64,000 nt of DNA from Pseudomonadota bacterium (lineage in GTDB: Bacteria; Desulfobacterota; Desulfobulbia; Desulfobulbales; Desulfurivibrionaceae), in the NCBI GenBank assembly GCA_018830485.1, contig JAHJRQ010000002.1, positions 13,211 to 77,210 on the forward strand. The letters run 5' to 3'. Made by a program: the position numbers and the translations under genes. The notes under the pieces are model-generated. The model worked only from the letters and a program-made list of their open reading frames with translations. It was not told the origin of the DNA and made no database searches. Below, in pieces: positions 48,350-56,730 of the stretch (the stretch's first letter is position 1; every line of letters starts with the position of its first letter).

Positions 48350-49215
48350 TGTGCTGGAGCAACAATCGATTTGAGTTTTTCGGATACTGTTTTGCGGAAT
48401 CTGTCCAGGAAATGGGGGCCGGCGTGGTAGAAATCCCTTTGGGCCCGGCAGAGATCCGCATAGTGTTTTTTTGCCGGGTCGGCAAGAGGGCTTGGGGTAT
48501 CGGGCGTGCCTTGCAGGGCTGCGGAATAGATGCCAGCTCTGATCTGGTACTTTGCGGCGCGGTCCATTTTTTTTACATAGTACGTGGAAGCGGTTTCGCG
48601 ATAGATCAGCAGAGGGTCTGCCAGCATCCAAGCCTCGCCCAGGGCGCCGAGGCGGAGCCATAATTCATAATCCTCCCCGACCGGGGGAGCAAGGCTTTCG
48701 CTGAATGCTCCTGCCTTGATGATGTGTTCCCGTCTGGTCATGACCGAGGAGATAATGAATATGTTTTCCTGCACCAGCTTCTCGTAGGGAATCAGACCAA
48801 AGGAGATTTTCTGGTGGTAAACGGGAGCGTCTTCTTTGGGGCCGATTCCCTCCCAGCGGAAGGCGTTGGTGCCGAGGAGAACGCACGCCGTATTGCGCTC
48901 AAGAAATTCCACCTGCCGCGCCAGCTTTTCAGGAAGCCAGAGATCATCGTCATCGAGAAAGGCGACAAATTGGGCAGTGCCTTGACCAATGGCGCGATTT
49001 CTTGGGGCGGACGGATAGCCGGCATGCCGGCCCGGTAAATGAATAAAACGGTTGTCGGCCAGAAAAGGCTTGATCGCCTCCTTTGTTTCCCGGCTTTCCC
49101 CATCTTCCGCAATCCAGCAGAGCCAGTCCGTATAGGTCTGGCTCTGAATGCTTTTCAGTGTTTCGGCCAAGAGGGCTGCCCGGTTGTAGGTGGGGATGAT
49201 AATGTCGACGGTCAT
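48346..49215 (-). CDS. GT2-family glycosyltransferase
   Basis: VDIIIPTYNRAALLAETLKSIQSQTY.DW...I.EDG, FLDDDD.W.P.KL. Confidence 0.8.
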   Translation of the reverse strand: MTVDIIIPTYNRAALLAETLKSIQSQTYTDWLCWIAEDGESRETKEAIKPFLADNRFIHLPGRHAGYPSAPRNRAIGQGTAQFVAFLDDDDLWLPEKLARQVEFLERNTACVLLGTNAFRWEGIGPKEDAPVYHQKISFGLIPYEKLVQENIFIISSVMTRREHIIKAGAFSESLAPPVGEDYELWLRLGALGEAWMLADPLLIYRETASTYYVKKMDRAAKYQIRAGIYSAALQGTPDTPSPLADPAKKHYADLCRAQRDFYHAGPHFLDRFRKTVSEKLKSIVAPAQ

Positions 49216-50945
49216 TGTTCAACGAATTGCATGGTGTAGAGCATATGGTATACGCCGTTTTGGGCAAGGAGTGTATCGTGGGTGCCCTCTTCCGCAATCA
49301 ACCCATCCTTGATGACGATGATCCGGTCTGCTTTTTTGATGGTGGAAAGCCGATGCGCGATGATGAAGGTGGTTCTGCCTTTCATCAGGTTTTCCAAGGC
49401 TTTTTGCACCTCGCGTTCAGATTCGGCATCAAGGGCTGAGGTCGCTTCGTCCAGAATGAGGATGGGCGCGTCCTTTGCCAGCGCCCTGGCGATGGAGATG
49501 CGTTGCTGCTGTCCCCCGGAAAGTCTTGCCCCGGACTCGCCGATTATTGTTTCAAATCCCTCGGGCAATTCGTTGATAAAATCCAGAGCGTGTGAAGCCC
49601 GGGCAACGGCGGCCAGCTCTTCTTCGGATTTTTCCAGATCGCCGTAGGCGATATTGTTCCGGACCGTGTCATTAAAAAGAATGGTCTGCTGGGTTACCAT
49701 GGCGATCTGACCGCGCAGGGATTTCAAGGTTACCTCGCGAATGTCCCGGCCGTCAATGGAGATGTTGCCCCTGGTAACATCAAGGAAGCGGGGGATGAGA
49801 TTGGCAAGGGTGGTCTTGCCTCCGCCGCTGGTGCCGACCAGGGCAATAACCTCGCCGGGGGTTACGGTAAGGTTGATCCCTTTGAGAATTTCAGTAACGC
49901 CATCGTAGCTGAAATGGACATCCTTGAAAACAATCTCTTTTTGCACCGGCGGGAGTGCAACGGCGCCCGGTTTGTCGGCGATTTCCGGTTTGATGTCGAG
50001 CACGCTGAAGACGCGGGTGGCGGCGGCAAGGCCATGCTGGATGGGGTTGTTGACCTTGCTTATGTTTTTAATCGGTTCATAGATCATGATCAGCGCCGTG
50101 AGAAACGAAAAAAATGTGCCGGGAGTCGAGTGGCCGTTAAGAACTTGATTGCCGCCATACCACATGATCAGGGCGATGCCGACTCCACCCAACAGCTCCA
50201 TCAGCGGGTGATTCAGGCTTTTCAACTGCACATCCTTCATGGTGATGCGGAAGAGCTTTCCCGCTCTTTCCGAAAAACGTTTGGACTCATATGGTTCCAT
50301 ACCGAAGGCCTTGACGATCCGGTTGCCCTGGATGGTTTCCTGGAGGATGTTGGCGATGGAGGCGGTGGTGCGTTGACTGCTGAAACTCAGTTCGCGGAAT
50401 TTTTTGCCGAATCGATAAATCGGCAGACTGGCAAGGGGGAGGAAAATAAGAGACATCAGGGCAAGTTTCCAGTCTTGGTAAAAAATGACGGTCAGCAGGC
50501 CAAGGGCCTGGAAGAGGTCCTTCAGGGTTCCGACAAGGGCGGAAGAAACGGCGCCCTGCATGAGCGTGACATCCGAAATAATCCTTGAGATAAGCTCTCC
50601 GGTGGGGGTTTTGGTAAAAAAGGAGAGGGGCAGATTTTGGATGTGGTCATAGAGCTTTTTGCGAAGATCAAGAATGATCCCCTGGCCAACTCTTTCCATG
50701 AAATATGAATAGCCATAATAAAATACCCCTTTGACCAGAAAAAGCAGCATAAGGGCGAGGGGCAGCAGGTTGAGCATCAACCGGTCTTTCTTGAAGAAGA
50801 TTTCGTCGAGAAGCGGTTTGACCATATAGGCTTGCAGGGCGCTCAGGCCGGCAACGATGATCATGCTGATCATGGCCAGGATAAGCCGGTTCCGATAGGG
50901 TTTGACGGTCTGGAGGATGCGGAAAATAATCGTCTTGTCAGGCAT
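49212..50945 (-). CDS. msbA: ABC transporter permease/ATPase, MsbA-like lipid A-core flippase
   Basis: 577 aa. Six-helix ABC exporter TMD, Walker A GTSGGGKTT, signature LSGGQQQR, Walker B ILILDEATSALD. It sits inside the LPS locus. Confidence 0.8.
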   Translation of the reverse strand: MPDKTIIFRILQTVKPYRNRLILAMISMIIVAGLSALQAYMVKPLLDEIFFKKDRLMLNLLPLALMLLFLVKGVFYYGYSYFMERVGQGIILDLRKKLYDHIQNLPLSFFTKTPTGELISRIISDVTLMQGAVSSALVGTLKDLFQALGLLTVIFYQDWKLALMSLIFLPLASLPIYRFGKKFRELSFSSQRTTASIANILQETIQGNRIVKAFGMEPYESKRFSERAGKLFRITMKDVQLKSLNHPLMELLGGVGIALIMWYGGNQVLNGHSTPGTFFSFLTALIMIYEPIKNISKVNNPIQHGLAAATRVFSVLDIKPEIADKPGAVALPPVQKEIVFKDVHFSYDGVTEILKGINLTVTPGEVIALVGTSGGGKTTLANLIPRFLDVTRGNISIDGRDIREVTLKSLRGQIAMVTQQTILFNDTVRNNIAYGDLEKSEEELAAVARASHALDFINELPEGFETIIGESGARLSGGQQQRISIARALAKDAPILILDEATSALDAESEREVQKALENLMKGRTTFIIAHRLSTIKKADRIIVIKDGLIAEEGTHDTLLAQNGVYHMLYTMQFVEQ

Positions 50946-50972
50946 GTTTATGTGGTTGTGTCCTTGGGTTGT

Positions 50973-52004
50973 TCAGTTTCCGCAGGGGGAATTCTTTTCC
51001 CAGTGAAAAGCGGTGGCGCAAATGGTCTCCAGGTCCTGGTGACTCGGCTTCCAAGGCAAAAGAGTTCTGATTTTGTCGGTATTCGCCACCAGTGCGGGAG
51101 GGTCTCCATCCCGCCGTCCTGCGGAAACAATCTCGAAATCAACCTTACTTACCCGGCGCACGGTTTCAAGAACTTCCTTGACGCTGAAACCATATCCATA
51201 CCCGCAATTCAGGGTTTCAGAGGAGCCCCCTTTAAGGAGATACGCCAAAGCGAGAAGGTGGGCTGTGGCCAAATCCTCGACATGGATATAATCGCGGACG
51301 CAGGTGCCGTCCGGGGTCGGGTAATCGGTTCCGTAAATGGCGACTTTTTCTCTTTTTCCGCAGGCAGCTTGGCAGGCAATATGGATGAGGTGCGTTGCCT
51401 CGGGGGTGGCTTCGCCCAGCATCCCATCCAAACTTGCCCCGGCGACGTTGAAGTACCGCAGGGCGACGTAACGGAAGGCGTTTTTCGGAGAGGCTGCGGC
51501 CGAGCTGTTCGCCGCATCCTCCAGCATCCATTCCGTCATCAGTTTTGAACGGCCGTATGGGTTTATGGGAGAGACACGCGTTGTTTCCCGGATCGGGCCA
51601 TCTTCGGGAACGCCATATACCGCGGCGGACGATGAAAAAATGAAATGCTGTACCCCTGTTAGCAGGCAGGCGGCAATAAGGTTCCTGGAGCCGCTGGTGT
51701 TGTTGCCGTAATATTTCAAGGGGTCGGTAACTGATTCCGAAACAACGATATGTCCGGCAAAATGGATCACGGCCTCAATACGGTGCCGGCGAATTACCTG
51801 GCACATCAGCGCAAAATCTCCGGCATCGCCTTCGACCAAATGTGCCCGGGCTGGAACAGCCCAACGGTTTCCGGAGTAGAAATTGTCAACCACCACCACG
51901 TTGCAGCCGGCATTGACCAGCTGTCGGCTCGTATGGGAACCGATATAGCCGGCTCCTCCGGTGACGAGGATATTCCGGGCGGGTAAGAGGTTTTTGGTGT
52001 TCAT
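50973..52004 (-). CDS. galE: UDP-glucose 4-epimerase
   Basis: ILVTGGAGYIGSH, SSSAAVYG, YG.SK, LRYFN.AGA, DYPTPDGTC.RDYIHV.DLA.AH. Confidence 0.9.
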   Translation of the reverse strand: MNTKNLLPARNILVTGGAGYIGSHTSRQLVNAGCNVVVVDNFYSGNRWAVPARAHLVEGDAGDFALMCQVIRRHRIEAVIHFAGHIVVSESVTDPLKYYGNNTSGSRNLIAACLLTGVQHFIFSSSAAVYGVPEDGPIRETTRVSPINPYGRSKLMTEWMLEDAANSSAAASPKNAFRYVALRYFNVAGASLDGMLGEATPEATHLIHIACQAACGKREKVAIYGTDYPTPDGTCVRDYIHVEDLATAHLLALAYLLKGGSSETLNCGYGYGFSVKEVLETVRRVSKVDFEIVSAGRRDGDPPALVANTDKIRTLLPWKPSHQDLETICATAFHWEKNSPCGN

Positions 52005-52256
52005 GGAGATTTTTTCACGGGGAAGACGGGGTTCCTGCTCGTATTTTCAGAGAAGATCGTGGCTTGCTGGCCATCTTCCGGGCATTATGGGGCAGCGGGG
52101 GACGGTGTCAAAAATAATCGCAATTACTATATGATCCTCCGCGGTTTGTCAAACAAATGTTGGCACATGCAGGCGGGGAGGGGGAGGCCAAAAAGTTTTC
52201 TGCTGAGCGCTCATCTTACGCAAGACGTAATTTATACAAGCGGGGAGCCTGCGATC

Positions 52257-52333
52257 TCTCCCTCTCCCCGCTTCAGTGGGGGAGAGGGCCGGGGTGAGGG
52301 GGTAAACGGTGGCGTCCCACCCTCTCCCTCAAG
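52257..52333. repeat. GC-rich palindromic intergenic element (CTCCCTCTCCCC / GGGGAGAGGG arms, plus a third CCCTCTCCCTC copy)
   Basis: tctctccctctcccc-gcttcagt-gggggagaggg hairpin, then ggggtgaggggg and ccaccctctccctc. It sits between cysK (3' end) and galE (5' end). The overlapping 99-aa ORF (PSPRFSGGEGRGEGV) looks like an artefact of this repeat. Confidence 0.4.
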
Positions 52334-52354
52334 GGCGAAGGAATTTGCGGAAGA

Positions 52355-53296
52355 TTAGCGCTCATCAGTAAGGGTTTTGACTAGTTCGGTGCTCAAATAC
52401 CTTTCCCCTGTGTCGCAGAGGGGAAACACGATCTGCTTGCCCCGGTTTTCCGGGCGGGCGGCGATCTGCATGGCGGCCCAGGCGTTGGCGCCGGAGGAGA
52501 TTCCGCAGAGAATGCCTTCCTCCTTGGCGATTCTGCGGGCGGTTTCCATGGCCTGATCGTTGGTCACCGTGATGACTTCGTCGATGATCTCCCGGTTCAG
52601 TATCGTGGGGACAAAGCCCGCGCCGATGCCTTGAATTTTGTGGGGACCCGGTTTGCCACCGGATAAAACCGGGGAATCGGCAGGCTCCACCGCCACCACA
52701 TGCAGGGAGGGATTCTTCGTCTTGAGCACCTCGCCCACTCCGGTGATGGTGCCGCCGGTGCCCACCCCGGCCACGAAGATATCGATGCCCCCTTCGGTGT
52801 CTTCCCATATTTCCAGGGCGGTGGTTTCGCGATGGATCTCCGGATTGGCCGGGTTGCCGAACTGGTTGGGCATGAAGCTGTCCGGGGTTTTGGCGAGAAG
52901 TTCCTCCGCCCTGGCTATTGCTCCCCGCATGCCCTCGCTGCCCGGGGTAAGCACCAGTTCGGCGCCCAGGTGTTTGAGCAGTGTTCGCCGTTCCAGGCTC
53001 ATGGTTTCCGGCATGGTCAGGACAAGCCGGTATTTTCTCGCCGCGCAGACAAAGGCCAGGGCGATGCCGGTATTGCCGCTGGTTGGCTCTATGATGGTGG
53101 TTGTCGGCTTCAACAGTCCCTGTTCTTCGGCGGCCTTGATCATGGCCAGGCCGATGCGGTCCTTGACGCTCCCCAGCGGGTTTTGGAATTCCAGCTTGGC
53201 AAGCAACCGAGCCTCTATCCCCGCGCCGAGGCGAGACAGGGTGAGCATGGGGGTGTTGCCGATGATGGCGGTGATGTCAGGGGAAATTCGCGGCAT
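52355..53296 (-). CDS. cysK: cysteine synthase A (O-acetylserine sulfhydrylase)
   Basis: 313 aa. IGNTP...[33 protein letters not shown]. Confidence 0.92.
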   Translation of the reverse strand: MPRISPDITAIIGNTPMLTLSRLGAGIEARLLAKLEFQNPLGSVKDRIGLAMIKAAEEQGLLKPTTTIIEPTSGNTGIALAFVCAARKYRLVLTMPETMSLERRTLLKHLGAELVLTPGSEGMRGAIARAEELLAKTPDSFMPNQFGNPANPEIHRETTALEIWEDTEGGIDIFVAGVGTGGTITGVGEVLKTKNPSLHVVAVEPADSPVLSGGKPGPHKIQGIGAGFVPTILNREIIDEVITVTNDQAMETARRIAKEEGILCGISSGANAWAAMQIAARPENRGKQIVFPLCDTGERYLSTELVKTLTDER

Positions 53297-53398
53297 TGGG
53301 AGCGCCTCCTGTGATGAATGGGGAAAAAGAGTGTGTCCTGTTGCGTTGCCGGCAGAGTAGGAAAGGGTTCAGTACAGTATACCTTCCGGTCTGGGTGA

Positions 53399-53776
53399 TC
53401 AGAGAAAAGGGGTGAGCACTTCGCAATCCCGGCAGATATTCATTTTTCCTTCCCAGTTTTTCTGGGCCTTGCACTCGCAAATGGTGCCGTTGATGAACCA
53501 GCATAATTCTCCGGCTTGAAACTCCCAGGCCGGACATTGGTTCCGCCTCTCCGCTGGGCAGTTTTTCACCTCCCAGCAGGGAGAAGGGCCGTTTTTGTCC
53601 TTTTGTTGCTGGCGGGAGAGCAGGAAGAAAACCTGCCGTTCGACGTGGGGGGGAACGGTGCGCCAGCCCTGTTCGTAGCCTTGGATCGCCTTTATGGACG
53701 AGCCGAGAAGTTCGGCAAGCTGTTTTTGGGTCTTGCCCAGTTTCTTGCGCGCCAACAAAAAACTCTGTTTGTCCAT
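53399..53776 (-). CDS. XRE-type HTH domain fused to a C-terminal cysteine-rich (two 'CW'-motif) module
   Basis: N-terminal LGKTQKQLAELLGSSIKAIQGYEQG. C-terminal CWEVKNCPAERRNQCPAWEFQAGELCWFINGTICECK......NICRDC carries 9 Cys in 55 aa. Confidence 0.7.
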   Translation of the reverse strand: MDKQSFLLARKKLGKTQKQLAELLGSSIKAIQGYEQGWRTVPPHVERQVFFLLSRQQQKDKNGPSPCWEVKNCPAERRNQCPAWEFQAGELCWFINGTICECKAQKNWEGKMNICRDCEVLTPFL

Positions 53777-53960
53777 CGGTTGCTCCTGGCTGAAAAATCG
53801 ATACGTTTGCGTTATGATCGCACATTATAAGTACCACATAGTGGCAGTTGGTTGTCAAGGGAAGAATACTCGGAGTAGTGCCGGTACGGACCGGGGGATT
53901 GCTGTTGTGCATGGTGGCAATGCCGGTTCCGCGCAAGGGTTTCCGGTACCGGGCTTGTCT

Positions 53961-54920
53961 TCAGTTCACACGGATCCAGCGCCCGGAGGAGTCCTTGGAG
54001 ACGGTAACTTGGCTGGAACGGCCTTTCTGTATCTTATCCAGGCCGTCGCGCATGGCTTTAGAGTAGTTTTCACAGACAGCGAGGCTTCTGTCCACAAGGG
54101 TGATGGCCTCCTCCTGACCGATTTCGAACATGCCGCCGAATTTATAAATGAGGTCGGCAAGCTCGAGTTTGGTGCCGTTGAAAAAAGCAGAGGTCAGCTT
54201 GTTGCTGAAAACAACAAGGTTTTGGAGAAAGAGGAAAGAGTCTTTGCTTTTTTCGGGTTTGGGCGGGCTTGTGTCCATGCAATCGACAATGCGCTTGGAA
54301 AAATTCCAAAACGTCGAGATTTCCCGGCCAATCTGGCTGTAGGTCAGGCCTTTGAGCACAAGACGGCTGGAGTGCTCCTCCGAGTATCCCTTTTGCATCT
54401 CTCGTTCAATGGCCTGATATTGAGCAGGCAGGTACACCAGGACAACTAGCTTGCCCAGGTTGTGCAGCAGGCTGCACACGTAAGCCTCTTCCGGAGAGAT
54501 GCGGTTTTTTTTAAGTTCACAGTAGATTCTGCTCTGGGTGGCGCTGATGAGGGACATGGTGAAGATCCCGGCGATTTCATCTTTCTCGGTGCCGGTGCGG
54601 ATGAATTCCTCAAACAATGCCATGGCGGCGGCGATCTGACGCAGGGTGTCAAAGCCGACCACGGTTATGGCCCGCGATATGGTGCTGACCGGGGTGCCTC
54701 GGGAATAGTAGGCGGAGTTCACCACCTGGAGAATCCTGGTGGTGAGGGAATAATCCTTGAGGATGGTGTCGGCCACGTCCTGGGCCGTGGCCCGGCTGCT
54801 GCCCAGCAACGAGATGAGTTCCGTCACATGGTCGGACATGGCCGGCAGGGAGTCCATGTTGACCATGGAAAAGATTTCCAGCAACCTTTGACGGGTTTGA
54901 TTTTCCGGTGTCTCTGTCAT
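53961..54920 (-). CDS. HDOD-domain signalling protein
   Basis: LP.......L..L.......A.D.A..I..D.SLT.R.LQ.VNSA.Y.......TI..A...VGF..L and a later H.LG. region. Confidence 0.8.
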   Translation of the reverse strand: MTETPENQTRQRLLEIFSMVNMDSLPAMSDHVTELISLLGSSRATAQDVADTILKDYSLTTRILQVVNSAYYSRGTPVSTISRAITVVGFDTLRQIAAAMALFEEFIRTGTEKDEIAGIFTMSLISATQSRIYCELKKNRISPEEAYVCSLLHNLGKLVVLVYLPAQYQAIEREMQKGYSEEHSSRLVLKGLTYSQIGREISTFWNFSKRIVDCMDTSPPKPEKSKDSFLFLQNLVVFSNKLTSAFFNGTKLELADLIYKFGGMFEIGQEEAITLVDRSLAVCENYSKAMRDGLDKIQKGRSSQVTVSKDSSGRWIRVN

Positions 54921-55060
54921 GGGCCTTCGGCGCTGGATTGAAGAACGTGGACTATTTCACCACAAATATACTTGCTCACCCTAAAATGTTTTCATCCCTT
55001 TCGCAAGTATCTTGAGGGGTTCCCCCCGTTCCGGAGTGGTTGCTCCGGCAGGGGGGGCTG

Positions 55061-56584
55061 TTACTGATTTGGCAGGCGGCGGTATTGGATGGCTTCGGCA
55101 AGGTGGCTTGCCTGGATGTGCGGGCTTTCCTCCAGGTCGGCAATGGTTCTGGCGATCTTCAGGATGCGGTGATAGGCCCTGGCGGAAAGGCCGAGCCGGG
55201 TTGTGGCCTGCACCAGCAGCTTCTGGCCCTGGTGGTCGAGGAAACAATACCTTTTGAGGTCAACCGGGCCCATCTGGCTGTTGAAATACACCGCGGTTCT
55301 CTCGGCAAACCGTGACTGCTGGATGCCATGGGCCTTGCTTACCCTGGCCTTGATCGCCGCCGAGGTCTCACCTGCCTGCAAGGCCGTAAGTTCATGCACC
55401 TTGACGGCAGGCACCTCCAGATGGATATCTATCCGGTCAAGCAGGGGGCCGGAGAGTTTGCCCCGGTAGCGCTGGATTTGCGGGGGCGTGCAGAGGCACT
55501 CCTTGTCCGAGCCCAGGAAGCTGCAGGGGCAGGGGTTCATCGCCGAAACCAGCATGAAATCCGCGGGAAAGCGGAGCGACTGCGAGGCCCGGGCAATGGT
55601 GACCTGCCCGTCTTCCAGGGGCTGCCGCAAAACCTCAAGGACATTGCGCTTGAATTCCGGCAGCTCATCAAGAAAAAGCACGCCGTTGTGGGCAAGGGAG
55701 ACCTCGCCGGGCCTGGGGATCTGCCCGCCTCCGATGAGTCCGGCATCGGAAATGGTATGGTGCGGGGCGCGGAAGGGCCTGGTGGTGATCAGGCTTTTCT
55801 CCTTGGGGATGAGCCCCATGGTGGAATAGATCTTTGTGGTTTCCAGGGCCTCGGCAAAGGAAAGATCGGGCAGGATGGAGGGCAGCCTGCGGGCCAGCAT
55901 GGTCTTCCCTGACCCTGGCGGTCCGGAAAGCAGAAGGTTGTGCCTTCCCGCCGCGGCAACCTCCAGCGCCCGTTTCACATGGGCGTGTCCCTTGACCTCG
56001 GAAAAGTCATTTTCCGGAGTGTCTGCCTGGTGGAACAGATCGGCGTGGCGTATGGTTATCGGGGAGAGTTCCTTCTTTCCGGCCAGGAGTTCCACCGCTT
56101 CATGCAGGGCGGCCGCGCTTACCGTGGAGATTCCATCCACCACTCCCCCTTCGGCGCCGTTGGCCTCGGGCACCAGGTAGTAGGCCAAACCCGCGTTTCG
56201 AGCAGCCAGGGCAATGGGCAGGATGCCCGGAGTGGGGCGCAATCCGCCATCCAGGGAAAGCTCCCCGGTGACGCAGGTCCGGGCGAGTATTTCCGTGTTG
56301 ATCACTCCGGCGGAGGCGAGGATTCCCAGGGCGATGGGCAGGTCAAAACCGGTGCCTGACTTCTTGAGATCGGCCGGGGCGAGGTTTACGGTGATGCGCC
56401 GGTTGGGAAAATCATAACCGCTGTTCTTGATGGCCGCCTTGACCCGATCCTTGCTTTCCCGCACCGCGCCTTCGGCAAGACCGACAATGGTGAAGGTCGG
56501 CAATCCCATGGCGATATCAACCTCCACGTCAACGAGATGTCCGTCAACGCCCAATACTGTTCCGCTGATAACCTTGGCAAGCAT
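55061..56584 (-). CDS. comM: YifB/ComM-family Mg-chelatase-like AAA+ ATPase
   Basis: Start trimmed to MLAKV. LGVDGHLVDVEVDI, GLP.F.IVGL, DF..VKG, GPPGSGKTMLA, PFRAPHH, GVLFLDELPEF, and a C-terminal ChlI region. Confidence 0.9.
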   Translation of the reverse strand: MLAKVISGTVLGVDGHLVDVEVDIAMGLPTFTIVGLAEGAVRESKDRVKAAIKNSGYDFPNRRITVNLAPADLKKSGTGFDLPIALGILASAGVINTEILARTCVTGELSLDGGLRPTPGILPIALAARNAGLAYYLVPEANGAEGGVVDGISTVSAAALHEAVELLAGKKELSPITIRHADLFHQADTPENDFSEVKGHAHVKRALEVAAAGRHNLLLSGPPGSGKTMLARRLPSILPDLSFAEALETTKIYSTMGLIPKEKSLITTRPFRAPHHTISDAGLIGGGQIPRPGEVSLAHNGVLFLDELPEFKRNVLEVLRQPLEDGQVTIARASQSLRFPADFMLVSAMNPCPCSFLGSDKECLCTPPQIQRYRGKLSGPLLDRIDIHLEVPAVKVHELTALQAGETSAAIKARVSKAHGIQQSRFAERTAVYFNSQMGPVDLKRYCFLDHQGQKLLVQATTRLGLSARAYHRILKIARTIADLEESPHIQASHLAEAIQYRRLPNQ

Positions 56585-56730
56585 GGCTGGCTCCGGGCAG
56601 GCTGTTCTGGGTGCTGGGCAGTTCTGCCCGGTAGTAGTGTTCTGGCTGGCGGATTGAAAAACACGCACGGCCAAGAATACACAATCGGTCAGGCTTTTCC
56701 AAGGGATGTTTCAGCCCGGCTGCGAACCGC

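Noticed and set aside
37000-48400. Genomic island with mobility genes or direct-repeat borders around the low-GC LPS core
   Set aside because: I found no integrase, transposase, tRNA or flanking direct repeat. I kept only the compositional mosaic and the GT4 remnant as findings.
48350-48661. N-terminal 104-aa extension of the GT11 ORF (listed as 47474..48661)
   Set aside because: It overlaps the upstream GT2 gene. The GT11 family N-terminus (MIIVRIMGGLGNQ) begins at ATG 48349 with an ATGA coupling to the GT2 stop.
52059-52358. 99-aa plus-strand ORF between galE and cysK
   Set aside because: Its only distinctive segment is the translation of the GC-rich palindromic repeat. There is no RBS, so I treated it as a repeat artefact.
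53277-53936. 219-aa minus-strand ORF overlapping the HTH/Cys-rich gene
   Set aside because: It is in a different frame from the well-supported 125-aa HTH protein and overlaps the cysK start. Its composition is not protein-like.
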